A stretch of DNA of 57,192 nucleotides, filler included, from Sphacelaria rigidula (GCA_964200075.2; 7 parts of 7 records of this genome joined end to end with filler, not necessarily neighbours in it), one strand, 5' to 3'. Counted from the whole stretch's first letter, positions 24,456 through 37,255 are shown. A program made the numbers and translations. Notes: generated by a model from the letters alone, not told the origin.

Positions 24456-24555
24456 NNNNNNNNNNNNNNNNNNNNNNNNNNNNNNNNNNNNNNNNNNNNT
24501 TAATTAATTAANNNNNNNNNNNNNNNNNNNNNNNNNNNNNNNNNNNNNNNNNNNN
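24456..24555. other. Artificial contig linker
   Basis: N run with TTAATTAATTAA. Confidence 0.99.
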
Positions 24556-24826
24556 CCCTTCCTCGGGATGAGTCCGTGGTCTCGAGGGATCAACCTATCT
24601 CTCCCCCGGTACGCGCCTTTCATTTTGGTCTCGCGGATTAGGTCAGGACTCCCGCACCGATTCAACTCACGTCACACAATCCCAGTCGACTACTTTGTTT
24701 GCTCACGTTCTCACGCTTTCCACGGTGGAAATCATAATCACGAAGAAAAAACCCAACGCATGGGGAATCGAACCCCTGTTCTCTCCACCCTAGTGGCGAC
24801 AGTCGGATCATTACACCACCGGGGAG
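24556..24826 (-). mobile_element. tRNA(Gly-GCC-like)-derived SINE, copy 1
   Basis: Minus strand GGTGGTGTAATGATCCGACTGTCGCCA...GGTTCGATTCC (A and B boxes), then a body ending ATCCGCGAGACCAAA...GGTTGATCCC...CTCATCCCGAGGAAG. Confidence 0.82.
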
Positions 24827-24989
24827 CGGCAACCCTTGCCTCTGGGGATGCCCGATTAAGACAAGGCAAGATCCAGATTGGCGCAACAGCCAACAACGGT
24901 GGATAAGATCCACCGGCGATGATGCTTCCAGCCTCGATTTTCTTTGGAGACCATGGCGCTGCAGTGCAGTGCAGTTCAGTACAGTACAA

Positions 24990-25070
24990 ACAATCGATTG
25001 ATTTATTTGATTGATAGTCGCACATTGACTGATTCGCGACGAATCCAGCCGTAGTCATTAGATAGAAGAA
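24990..25070 (-). mobile_element. Short 3'-end fragment of the RTE-like LINE family
   Basis: GACTACGGCTGGATTCG...GTGCGACTATCAATCAAAT matches the tail at ~24375-24440. Other copies at ~30950+, 43665+, 44125-, 44990- and 45560-. Confidence 0.75.
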
Positions 25071-25750
25071 ATACGTACTCAAGCTAAATGGGTGTTAAGG
25101 GCTTGCGGAAGTAAAAGCTTGAGAAGGGATAAGGATGGAACGGAAACGAGTAATTGAAGACAGTGAACATGAGGACGAACAACAGATCCAGCACCTGGAT
25201 GTTCTTCGGGTGAACTACCGCAGTCCTCCGCCAGGATTGAAAAAATGTTTCGGAACAAAAACTGAACTCTTTCCATCCCTTCGCGCACTGTTGCAACGCC
25301 CAACCTCAGATCCAGACACGAGGGCTTGATGTGGTTTACATTACATATGACCGAAGTTTCAGCGCCTTGCAGCGACGACAGCGCGCGTACGACCGCGCCT
25401 CCCGCGCTGAGCATCTCAACGGGCGATACCGGAATAATTTTCCTGCAGATGATCATTATCCAGAGGGTGCGCCAGTACTGATCTATGATTGTTTACCAGC
25501 ACTGCACCCTCCCAGGTGACCATGATGTGGAAATGATTGTACCACCATATCTACACATGCATTCACTCACAGTGCAAAAATCTGGTTTGCGAGATAGCCA
25601 TTTTGAGGGCGTATCGATGGTATATCGGTATTGGCTTAGCTTAATTTTATCGGTGGTCGAATGGAGCTGTTCTGCCGTACACATACTGGTTGTGTTGTGT
25701 CCAACTAGTTCCCCAAGTCTCATCGTGGTGGGGGCCTGTCTTACCACATC

Positions 25751-25933
25751 AGTTTTCGATCGAAATTTGATTGATTGATTGATTGTCGCACTTTAACATT
25801 GTACGGTGGGAAGTAAAAATCCCGATCTGATAGGTCATAATTTCAACCATCGCGTTAATTGTGAACATGGTTGAAATCATGACCTATCAGATCACGATTT
25901 TCGTTTTCCACCGCACTTTTTCGATCGAAAACT
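25751..25933. mobile_element. Small hairpin MITE containing a ~30-bp LINE-tail insertion
   Basis: AGTTTTCGATCGAAA ... TTTCGATCGAAAACT ends; inner arms GATCTGATAGGTCAT(A)ATTTCAACCAT / ATGGTTGAAATCATGACCTATCAGATC; TTGATTGATTGATTGTCGCAC at ~25767-25791. Confidence 0.75.
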
Positions 25934-26417
25934 AGTGTGCTTGACTTGAACCATGGTCGAGGAATTAACACAGTTTATGTTCAAAAGAGCAGTGATTTTT
26001 GAATGCGGGCCAATTGCGGGCATTTACAAATGAAGTGCGGCCATTCCGGTATATATGTGTGTATATGTATATTGGCGAAGGACTGACTCTCGCTTCGCCG
26101 CTGTCGGAAGCGCGGAAATATGACATATCAGCCCCTTGAAATCCAACAGAAACGGGTACAATTTCTGCCAGGTTCAGGTACACAGCAGGACTAAGAAACG
26201 ACGAAATACTCGGGTGCCATCGGTGTCTTTCTCGCCACGACCAGATATACGGAGATTTCGATCAATAATGTGGTCCAAACTTTGGGTGTTTGTATTGCAG
26301 TGTAATACAGCCTGTGCGTGTTTGTGGCCGAAGAATGTCCGGGTATACCTTGATCTGTCGTTCCCCCCCTGAAAATAGGGTATGAAACGTAACCCGACGC
26401 AAGAGTATAATGAATAC

Positions 26418-26472
<55 letters not shown>

Positions 26473-26473
26473 G
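26418..26473 (+). repeat. (TGT/GTT)n microsatellite
   Basis: About 18 consecutive triplets. Confidence 0.98.
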
Positions 26474-29160
26474 CAACTAGGGCTCAAGAATGCATCATGC
26501 GGGGGGTTCCATGACATAGTAAGGAGGTATATTACCTACCGCAATGCAGTACTGTAGATATAGATATGGTACCGATAATACCCGAAAAACGAACCAACTG
26601 GCGGGCGGACATTCTGGGGTGGTACTCAACGTACAGTATGCAGGGGATGGTTGTGAAACACAGTGTGCGTCAGCGAAAACACGGCGCCATCGCTCTATCC
26701 CAGTCAGTTTAGGGGTGCGAGATCAGCCGCGGGGAAACCGCGTTATGCGTTCTTGTTTCTTAATCTCCATATTTAGGGCAGTAAGTGGAGGTTAGCCAGG
26801 GTCGAACTCAGTGTCTCGATGATGAGGAGGTTGACAAAGTTGCGGCATGGCTGGTGCGATAACCTTACGGTTCGTATGTACGATTATTGGATCATTGAAA
26901 CCAACGTCAGATATATCCGACTCTCCTCCCCACCCTCGGCCACCCGGAATTCCGCAACCTACACAACTTTTTCGTACCTATAGTGCCGTTTGCTTATACG
27001 GTCTGAGCAGGTCTGAGAGTGATTCCGTTCTACAGGGCAGCATCGTTGCCCCTACTGCATGTCAAAGTGACTGCAGGATGGAGATAACATAGAAACAAGA
27101 GTGGTTTTCGAAGTGGCCAGTTGCGGCACCAACACCCGCACAGGGGACACAGTGAAAAATGCAAGCACGACCCTTGCTCCAACTGCTGCCGTTACATGAA
27201 GTAATTTCCTTTGGGAGAAGTAGAGGGGGCCCTGGGTGTTGCCGCATACCGCATCGATCTCTCCGGCACGACGTTCCCAGGTGGTCTTGCTTCAGGGAAA
27301 TAACGCGGTGTTTTCAGCTTTTGTTGTCGCTCGAGATGCGTACACAATCTTTTGCTGTACATTCGCCACAAAGTATATGTCGTGTCCTCCTAGAGCCAAC
27401 AGCAATGCAAGTGGAATGATCACGATGTTGCTTCACACTACGAACCTTCCCGTGCAAAGAGAGAGGCTCACAATAGTCCGGACACGATCACGCCCGCACA
27501 CGCACTCACACACGAGACCAATTTTCTGTTCCTAAAATACTCATTCATGCTATAGTAGGAACACAGAACAAAAACATAGCACAGTCGCACGGATAGTTAC
27601 CGGTTTTGTGCCTCCAATACCTGTACGTTTTCAGGTTCGGTAGCCGCTTCACCACTGCCACCGCCGGCTGTGATACCTCTCATGGCCACTGCAGCTCTGC
27701 CATTCAGCGTCTGCTCCATTGTCGACATGCCGATGGCCTCCGCTGCTCTTGCCCAACAAGAACACTGTCGTCCTGTATTTTTTTTAACACCCTCCTGCAC
27801 GGGACATGAAGAAACCCACCAAGGAAAAGGATTGCACCGCGATTCTCCTCCGTTTCAGTATCAAATGATAAAGTTTTCTATTTATCTGTCAATCCAATAG
27901 GGACTGGCTCCCCAAGATGTCTGGCTCAACCTCTTGTCAACCACATCCACACCTCTTATGGCGTAACGAGATCGATACTGTTCGTCCCCACACACCAACA
28001 TACTAGGCTGAGTGCTTGCAGACCCGCGATCACAAGCGCAAGTTCCTGAAGGACTCGACATACTGCACGTGTCAGCTGGTGGCGTTGCCATGAACGGGAT
28101 ACACCATCATAGGCTGAGATTCTGGCTGGCAGCTTTCGCCGGAAGCCTGGCGTGCTGGTCGGCTTCGGCAGCGGATCCTCTGCCTCTGCATGTCGAGCAT
28201 CCCTTTCGTAGCCTGGCGGCTTGGCTGAGAGAGGTGGGTACCTTACTGTTGTGTGCATGTATTGTACAACAATAGCTTTGGCTACGATGTATACCACCCC
28301 CTATGATGAGAGCGGCTAATCTCGATTTCAGGAAATCGAGATTAGCTCTGAATAGCTCGAGGCAAACGCCGAATCCTATATCAATTGAAAATGCATTAAC
28401 GATATATTTCAACGAAGTATTTGATTAGCTGAGTCTTGCTGGGGTCAAGAGCCTTAGTTGCTATCGGGATATTGAGGTTCACGGTGTATTAGAGAATGGT
28501 ATGATACTCCGCCGTATGCCCTACCGTGTACGAGATCAAACACTCTTTTGAAACGAGCTACACATTGCGGTGCAGTGCAGTAGTGGTATCATTGCCCAGT
28601 ATGTTATTATCAGCCTGAAACATTGGTCCGTGACCGACAGTTGACATTTTATTACCGCCAGAACCTCTACTTGTAGTTCAACGCTCAACGGACGGGCTTT
28701 CGGGGGAAATTCGGAATATTAGTTTTTTGGCGTAGACAACCCCCCTGCATAAACAAGGTCGTTGCTAAGCATGTGCTGATGTGCTGCGCGTCATGTTTAC
28801 TCGAGTATGCATCGCGACCAACAGCTTATTACCGCCTCAGTGAAGCAAAACAGTAGCGGCGATCGTGTCGGCAGTACACGTCACCACGCATGTACCAAGA
28901 TGCAAGCGCACACAGCAGGATTGTGCGTGAGTACGACCACATGCGGATATTCCTCTCTCCACCACGACAAACGACTGCTGCACGCCTTTCGGCTACGAGT
29001 ACGATAAAAAAATATATATATATATATGATGCAACACTTCTTCTGAGTGCACGTGTCCAGTTCGCGTATGTCTACGCCTACAAAAACCATACTCCAAAAA
29101 CTCACGATACCGTCAGCGGACGAACTCTCGAAAATATATAACAGGCGTTCAAAACGCCGC

Positions 29161-29445
29161 CGGTCCCCCGTGGTGTAATGGTCCGACTGTTGCCATTAGG
29201 GTGGAGAGGATCTGGGTTCGATTCTTGCCAGATGCGTCGGGCATTATCTTTCAAGTATCTGATTCCCGCCGTTTAAAGGCGGGTTTACATGAGCATATAC
29301 AAGGAGTAGTTAACTCATTTGTTGGACGGGAGTTGCCGCGGTGCGGTAAAGCTGACCCAATCCGCGAGACCAAATTGTAAGGCTTGTACTGGGGAGAGAT
29401 GGGTTGATCCCTTGAGAGAACGAGCTCATCCCGAGGAAGCGGAGG
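29161..29445 (+). mobile_element. tRNA(Gly-GCC-like)-derived SINE, copy 2
   Basis: GTGGTGTAATGGTCCGACTGTTGCCATTAGGGTGGAGAG...GGGTTCGATTC, with the same body ending CTCATCCCGAGGAAG. Confidence 0.82.
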
Positions 29446-31140
29446 AGTTAAAAATGTGACGGAAAAAAAAGGTGGAACTTTTCACAGCACAGATGAACCC
29501 TGAGTTTGTCATTTTTCCCAACGCTAGGATCGATACCAACCCAAGCAGGGATTGAAACACCAGGCCCCAGAGGGCGAAATACAGTCAGCAGTACATTACA
29601 CAAAGTCGGACCCTAGAATGACTACTGGACGTGACGTGTCATTGGTGGCGGTGCTCGCCAACAGAGAAGAGTTGTTCTTCATTTTTTCCCATGGGATTAA
29701 CGGCACCGATCCTGCGGGAAGACAAGCCGGGAAAATCCTGTTCCGAAGTGCGGCCTCGCGCGGAATTGGTTGAACGCGCACTTTTGTGTATGCGAGTATC
29801 GATTTTTTATCATTGCTCGGGCGACCGTCTCTTCGATCAGTCTGTGGACAAGCGATACACCCTGTCGTCAGGATACCTGTAGCCCGTAGCCCGTACTCGT
29901 ACGTATCGGCGGAATATCTCACGACCTCCCGCTGGTGATATTTCTAAGCCGCAGCGGACGAATATTCGAGACACTCCCTCCCTGATTACTGTAGATGAAA
30001 AAATCGCAAGGTCCGGGAGATAACGATGGAGATGGCGCGTAGTTCATGTAGGACCACGATCACATCAGCACCCATCTCCCCATGCTACCCTCCCACCGTG
30101 CCGTTGCCGACACCCACCCCAGCCCGCGTTATGCATCATGGATTACCAAGTATGATACCGTGGTAAAATCATTATTTTCCAGAGCTCGGAAATGGTACCA
30201 GTTCAAACGGACCATTATCATTATAATGGTAATAACGGTAACGGTTATACGCGAATTTCGGACAATGGTTTCAAACCATTATCTGCCGTTACCGGCTTTA
30301 TTAGCAGTTACCGACCACGTATGCTACATGTAGCACACGTATTTTTTAGCTCGAGTGAAGCCAAATCGCGTAGAAACGCGCGTCCGGCACGACGCCTCCA
30401 GCGGGGCCCTCTGTGGGCGCCTCCGGCGGGGCCCCCTCTGCCGGGGGGGGCTTTTTGGCTCGCGGCTTCGCCGCTCGATGAACAAACCATTATGTACCAT
30501 TTAACTGGTTAACGGCTAGACAAACAGTTTCCGATCTCTATCTCTTCACTCTTTACAATTGCGTAGTGAGATTTGTGGCACCTGAACCCCTTGGCGACGA
30601 GGGCAGATGATGTGGGTCATACATGAATTCATCAAGTGAAATAATTGATGCTGGGTTCAACAGAAAGATGGCCTGTTCTGGCGAGTGGTTCAGAATGTGT
30701 ACTACAGTACGCGGAAGACAACCGAACTGCCGAAAAATCTCGGACGTGGCACGATTCACAATTCATTCTTCACTGAAACATGGCTCGTCCAAGAATGTGG
30801 GACGATGGTTTTCTCACTTTTTCATGACTTTATTCTTATTGTCTCTTCTTTTCTGTAGTCAACTCCGTTTGTCTGTTGTACCTTTTCTGTTTCCTTCGCT
30901 TTTCTTCAGCGAGTGCTTCAGCCCTGTTTTGTCTCGGGTACGTCTTCTGTCCTGTGGATAATGACCACGGGTGGATCATGATTACCTGGGGGATCAGTGA
31001 CAGTGGGGCAAAAATATATAATAATAGAAAAAAAAGATCGTCGAACAATCAAAATCGGTCAATTTGTTTGCCGCGTTTTTGTCGTCTGTCTGGCAGGTGT
31101 CGCCCGATCTCAGATCGGCCGAAGCGAAAACGATATCCAG

Positions 31141-31252
31141 GGGTATTACTGTGCTGAGCAACTCGCAAAGCTACGTCAAGTCTTTCGACGGCATGGCGTA
31201 CGAGCTCAAGGGCAAACTCAAGGACAGCAGCAGCACCAGCGATATCACAAAG
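31141..31252 (+). CDS. Isolated candidate exon of an unknown protein
   Basis: CAG|...AAG|GTGAA boundaries. Open frame GITVLSNSQSYVKSFDGMAYELKGKLKDSSSTSDITK with many C/G-ending codons. Confidence 0.35.
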
Positions 31253-32154
31253 GTGAAATGTGGTAAAGGAGGGCATGAAGGGACGGGATTGGACGGAACG
31301 TGGTCTCAGTCAATCACTATGAACACGTCTGCGCGTACGTGAAAACAGCCTGTAGCCCGGTTTTTGGGCGTGGCTACCCTATTTTCATGTTTTAGTCTTA
31401 TTTGACTGCAAAATAAAAAAAAAACAAGAAAAGCGATTCGTATGTTTTTGTTGGTTGATCTATCTATCGCAGAGTACAGTCTATCCGGGGGGGAAAAAAA
31501 CACTGGTCAACGAGTTTCAAGCATCAAACTCAGTAGATGCCAGATCTATGCGTATGCGCGTGCGTACGGCGTGGAGCCTCCGAAAAACCGAGCGTTCACG
31601 GACGAGACGTCGATTCGCGTCAGGTTGTGTTGATAGGTACGCTACAAAAGACCGCCTCGATTACGTCTTTTTTTGTTTTCCTCGAAGGAAGGAAATCTCG
31701 ATTACATAGGTCGCTCCGCCTATTCTATGTTCCTCATCATGCAATCGACTCATTCTTTCGCGTGAATTTGGCCTCGGATATCGATCGTCGTGGTCACGTC
31801 AGTAAGTCACAGCGCGCCCCACCTACCGTTTGGATTGCCTCCATAGGCTGTGACAGCACACCGTTGGAGATCACAAGTCGTCGTTCTGGTAAGCTACCTG
31901 GATACCACGTGTAGGGTACTACTCGCTCCCTGTGGGCCATCATCCATGACTTCGATCGGACTGGCTGTCCCCAAAAAAATCGGAGCATCGTCGCCGACGA
32001 CTGCTAAAGTGTCCTTCTCGTCATCATCCAGACGTCTACCATCGACGTGACCCTGGATTCTAACAACCTGCGGATCTGGAGGCCAGACACTGAACCCACC
32101 TTGTTGCTTACCCTTGCTGTATATATATATATATATACTTCCTCTGTCCCATAA

Positions 32155-32640
32155 GTAAAGGTACCTAAATTTGTACGGGCCCTTAACGATGTCCGATCGT
32201 TTGTTTTTTTTCTTTAATGCGAACTCTACGGTGTTTTTTGGGGTCAAGTGAATGTGTTTAAGATTTGCAGCTCGTGCTTGAACCATGCCGCCGAACGGCT
32301 GCAAAAAAAGTAGTCGGCCTAAAAGTGGCCGTTTTTTACCCCTTTCCAAGGGATAAAAATGGCCGTTTTTTTTTTTTATCGCCCCGCCTTCACTGGGGCT
32401 TGCTGCCAGGAAGTCCCACGCGATTGAAAAAAAAAAGTTCAACACTTTTTTCCCCTCGGAAAGTAGCAAAAAACGGCCATTTTTGGGCCGACTACTTTTT
32501 TGAAGCCGTTCGGCGGCATGGTTCAAGCACGAGCTGCAAATTTTGAACACATTTTCTTGACCCAAAAAAAACCGTGGAGTTCATGAAAAAAAAAACGATC
32601 GGACATCGTTGAGGACCCGTACAAATTCAGGTACCTTTAC
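32155..32640. mobile_element. Palindromic (foldback-type) MITE with ~200-bp TIRs, ending at the contig edge
   Basis: GTAAAGGTACCT ... AGGTACCTTTAC ends; long internal match TTTGCAGCTCGTGCTTGAACCATGCCGCCGAACGGCT and its reverse complement. Confidence 0.92.
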
Positions 32641-32740
32641 NNNNNNNNNNNNNNNNNNNNNNNNNNNNNNNNNNNNNNNNNNNNTTAATTAATTAANNNN
32701 NNNNNNNNNNNNNNNNNNNNNNNNNNNNNNNNNNNNNNNN
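32641..32740. other. Artificial contig linker
   Basis: N run with TTAATTAATTAA. Confidence 0.99.
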
Positions 32741-33099
32741 GTGGCGGGTACGGGGGTGCGCACGTGGGCCTTTCCCACTTTTGACAATGGGACCCCCCCC
32801 CCCCCCCCCCCCCCGTCCCCCTCCCTGTGAGCGTCGCCCATCTTGACTTTTTTTAATGTGTAGTGTTGACTTTTGGCCTGCATCTCTCAGGGCCTCATGA
32901 TAGTACTAATAGGTACATTGGTTGCATGTTTGTGATAGACTAAGGATGGATGATCTTTGCATGTGACCAAACATAACGTGACGAATGACATGACGACAGG
33001 ACAGACCGAGGTAGTGAAGTTACGGTAGTTGGCAGCAGTACGGTACAGTATACTTGACAGGACACATCCATAGCGAGGAGTACAGGCAGTGTGAATGTA

Positions 33100-34038
33100 C
33101 GAGCTGGGCCAGCAGTAAATCCCGCATTCGCTTCCCCCACCACAACTTCTCGAGTTTCCCAAAACAGCGTGACTTGAGCATATTGCTGTGAACTGTAGAC
33201 CAACCTGGCAACACACCGGACCGTCGCTGGTCGATGGGCGCAGTATCGCCGATGATGTTATTGTATTGCATTGAGTATCGGGTATGTCTCCTGTCGTTGC
33301 CCGACAGCGTGTCTAGAGACATTTTGTTCAACAAAATGCGGTGAAATTACGATAGACAATTGGGCCGCATAGGCACACGAACACCCGATATGCGCAGGCA
33401 AGAGCACACTGGCAGTGCTGCAAGATGGCATCAAGCTCGTCAACAGCTCCATCACGGGAGAGGATCTTTCAGCCGACTGTCGTATATCACCGTACGAGGG
33501 AGAAGTACTACTTGAAACCGCGCTAGATCCCCCAAAAAGCAAGACCGTTACCAAAATATCGAGACGCTTTGCAACCCGGGAGGTACGACAGATTTTGCAC
33601 AAAAAAGTGGTGACGTCGGGATCCGAACTCGTGACCTGTGTAAGTTAAGGCTATTGTAGCGGTTTGATCAGCGTGGTGCAGCCGTGTCACACGAAAAGTG
33701 CGACACGATGCCCACTTCCAAATATTTTCGGCCAAAACTTCACCAGGATATCCTTTACGCGAGTGCCCACAACCCACTGGGAGGTGCAGCAGTTTTTTTT
33801 TCGTCATTTTTTCACGAAGTAATAGCATCTTCCCTGTTTTTGCTGAAACTTCAACTCGCTCCGATTTCCTGTGTATGCGTGTGTGTGTGTGTGTGTGTGT
33901 GTGTTCCCTCTGCACCTCCCATAGGGTTGCGCGGTTGATGATGAAAATGTCGTGTCGAAATTTCAGCACCTTACTCTTTGAATTACCAATCGCATCTTCA
34001 TTCTTCAGTCAAGAATCACTGTGAGCTGGACCAGCTCG
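33100..34038. mobile_element. Longer member of the CGAGCTGGGCCAGC MITE family, also with a tRNA-like B box
   Basis: TA|CGAGCTGGGCCAGC ... GCTGGACCAGCTCG|TT. Minus-strand GAGTTCGGATCCCGAC at ~33616-33631; shared subterminal AAATTTCAGC; (GT)n at ~33879-33904. Confidence 0.78.
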
Positions 34039-34261
34039 TTTTGTCACAGAAATCTCTACAGCCAGTACAAGATATTATACTGTATTTAGTCTAGTCAGTA
34101 GTCAGTACATATCGACCGATCCCACGGGCGGAGTATTAGGACCAGTTTGAATTGCAGGAGCTAGGGCGACACACTCGAGGAGTTTTTGCCGATCATGGGA
34201 TGAAATGAGATAACAAAGAAGAATCGCGATGATGGCCAGCATCCTTACAAACTAAACTCAC

Positions 34262-34378
34262 AGAAATTTCCCTTCCAAGTCCAGGAGGCACGCGTAGTGG
34301 GTCCCTGGATAGCACAGCTCCACCGCGCTAAGCTTGTCCCGAAGCTGATCTTGGAGACTCGGACCCAAGCCCGTCTGC
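34262..34378 (-). CDS. Candidate internal exon of an unannotated gene divergent from thiC
   Basis: GCCGCAG| ... |GTGAGT. The 117-nt exon reads QTGLGPSLQDQLRDKLSAVELCYPGTHYACLLDLEGKF. Phase-compatible upstream exon at 34479-34529. Confidence 0.55.
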
Positions 34379-34819
34379 CTGCGGCAACACCAAGCCATCG
34401 TTAAATCTCTTTGACAGGAAACCGTTGAGAATCTCGCTCAGCTCTTCTGCAGGATTTCGAAGCAGTAAACTGACCGACCTCACACGCGACGCGTGTGCAT
34501 TAAACCGGTGCTTGGGCTGCAATCGAGGGCTGTCACTATATTTTTAGTTTTTCGTCTTCATCTAAAACTGGAATAATAGAAAATCCCGTTGGTCACGGCG
34601 TAAGTAATAATGACAACAACAACTTCAGGACGGGTTGTCCTTCACCGAAAATTCAGCTACTCTACGAGTACGAGTACCTGGCTGAACAATCATTTTTTGG
34701 TTGTTTTGGCTTCATATACCTTCGTCACAAAGCTTGTTGAAGCCCAGAACATCGGTTGCAGGAGAGCTACGAGTAGAAGAAATACATGTACCCAGCATCG
34801 AGCATAGTTCATAAGTACA

Positions 34820-35725
34820 AGTATCAGAAGTCTGCGGAATTCGTAATTATTTATTTTGGTTACTTGGAGATTTTCCAAGTTATACTTTCGCTTGCCACCG
34901 CTCATCACAGTGACTGTTATATGTCAAAAACTGGGGATCTAGAGATATGATCACCTTTTTTTGACAAATATCGAAAGAAAAAAAATCTGCGATCAATGTT
35001 GAGGGACTTTCTACGGGCTTGGTCGATCTTTGGGTCCTGCGAAAGTGCAACCCCAGGTTCTAGCTTTTTGGTATTTTCGGTGGACCGACTCGATCCCGAC
35101 CATCTCCGTGAATACACAGAGACTATTTTTTTTTTTAATCTCACCTATTCACTGCGCTAGAGAGCCGGAAAACTATGTTTCTCGGACCATTCACGGTCAA
35201 CAACACCCTCCTGATAAACGGGGTCTTTACTCCGTATCGCCCCCACAACACCAACAACTTGGGCATTGTGATTTGAGCATGGTCTGCTTATTTTGCCAAG
35301 ACTATCGAGGCTAGCACTTTCGAGTGTTGATAAAAAATAATAAGCCAAAAAAATCCCGAAGAGAAGCCATCCACGAAAAATGCTGGACTGAGGTCTGTGC
35401 AGTATAGAGGGGCAAGACGATCTTGATCATTTTTTTGAAGAACCATACGTATACATATTTATCCATCTGAAAAATTACCGTTTCGTTGCGAAAGAACCGA
35501 AAAACTCGTTCAATTGAACAAAAAACGATCAATAACACCCTCCTGATAAACGGGGTATATAGTCCGTATCACCCCAAAAACACCAACTTGGACACCGCGG
35601 TTTGAGCGCGGCCTACGCTGTCCCCCTAAATATATCGACGCTAGCACTTTCAAGTACTCAAGAAGATTAGTACTCGAGAAGAAACTCCAAAATTGTAACA
35701 ACTACGAATCCCGCAGACTTCTGAC
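34820..35725. mobile_element. Probable non-autonomous DNA element with inverted ends and an internal ~120-bp direct repeat
   Basis: CAGAAGTCTGCGGAATTCGTA vs TACGAATCCCGCAGACTTCTG; AACACCCTCCTGATAAACGGGGT...GCTAGCACTTTC at ~35202 and ~35534. Confidence 0.6.
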
Positions 35726-36642
35726 GCTGACTACTACGTTTTTATTTTTATTGTTTATATTGAATTGGGAAAATGGCAAATCCCGTTGGTCACTGTGTAA
35801 TCTACATCAACACCGATAGATCCTTCGCCAACTCGCCACAGATCTTTAGTATTAAGTTCGTCTTTTCACAGCTGTGCCCTCACCCCCTCTGCCCATCCCT
35901 CCATACCTACAGGATGTAATAGTTAAGTCTCTCTCAGTGGAGGAAATTTGTAAGGTGCAGCAAGGACGGCCTGCGCGGGGGTAATGGTGAAGCGGAATGA
36001 CCTGGTGGGAAACATGAATCATGTCATACAAACATAGTCTGCATGAGCTATCGTCATTAGAAAATCTCACCACCGTCCACAACCTCGTTGCTCATCTCAG
36101 AGATTCCCCCCCAAAAGGTGAGAGCATGTCTTCAACCTCCTACCCATGCTGTAGACAGTGGTAATTTTCACTGTGGAATGCTCATGGTGCTATTGGTTAC
36201 CATCCATTCTCTTTCCATGTATGCAAGCTGACAGGCAACATGCGCAGCATCAACATGTTTTATGATCCGTGTTAAACGGCAGCTGCTCAGAAGTACCGTC
36301 TCAACGGGTGACGTGTAGCCAAAGATTGACACCAGATTGAGTTTATCGCACAACAGCAACAGCAGGGGATGCTTGCTATGCTTTCGATCTACTCCACGGT
36401 ATCATCACTACTGTCTTAACCTTGCTGTCCGTCGTATGTACCTCATTGACTGATACAAAACTGATTCGCGACAGCGCACACCCGCTGTCCAGATTCAATC
36501 AAGTCATACTACTTCGCATAGCCAAGTAGAGGCCATATGTTATTTGGTTCGCCTGCCCGGTTTCGTTAGTCGACAGCTTCGCCAAATACCCACTCTCGCG
36601 TCCCGTGGATTTTCACTTGCCATATGCTATCGCAGTACGATC

Positions 36643-37244
36643 ATGGATTATAGCTCGCGGTCAGTGCGGGTGATTTCATGTAACTTCGTGATTGCAGTCG
36701 TTCTCTACGGAGGCGTCATTTCGGAGGCATTCCGGGCCGGATTTTTCGCGAAGACGGTCAACCGAAAGCTGGCAGCATCATCACACGCCGCCGACTCCCA
36801 GTTGCGCATGGTGGCCGCTTTGCCAAAGATCAATGAGGTTGGCTCTGGGGCGCCTGGAAGTGGGCGAGTGAAACGCACAAAGGATCCTTACAACCCAGAC
36901 TTTCACGAAGTAGCCTCATTCGGCGATGCGTACCCGGGCTCGACGAAAGAGTACAAGGAGATCACTCACGAAGCTACTGGCCACCAGATGCGGGTACCAT
37001 TTAGGAGAATCCACCTCGACGACCCCGACCCCGGGTGCTCTCACTTGGACGTATACGACACGGCGGGCCCTCTCGGAGCTGATCCGAGGAAAGGCCTGCC
37101 TAGTGTAAGAGGGGACTGGATTAAGCGGCGCATGGAATCTGGAGACGAGGTGTTTACACAGATGTACTACGCTAAGAAGGGCATCATCACGGAGGAAATG
37201 GCGTACTGCGCGGCACGAGAGGGGATGGACCCGGAGTTCGTCAG
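36643..37244 (+). CDS. thiC: Phosphomethylpyrimidine synthase ThiC, first coding exon, with plastid-targeting presequence
   Basis: RVPFRRIHL...DVYDTAGP...GLPSVRGDWI...TQMYYAKKGIITEEMAYCAAREGMDPEFVR. Hydrophobic signal peptide followed by SEA|F. Donor AG|GTTTGA at 37245. Confidence 0.96.
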
Positions 37245-37255
37245 GTTTGATCCTG

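Noticed and set aside
25080..25460. Possible RT remnant (…VLRQD…FPADD)
   Set aside because: The motifs are too degenerate to call.
26174..26517. PolyQ/polyN ORFs
   Set aside because: Translations of a (GTT)n microsatellite with no other coding signal.
29161..29240. Possible tRNA-Gly gene
   Set aside because: Acceptor and anticodon stems do not pair, and it continues into a repeated SINE body.
31894..32565. 223-aa minus-strand ORF
   Set aside because: Most of it lies in a palindromic MITE and a (TA)n tract. Only ~31900-32080 might be a real exon, and that is unsupported.
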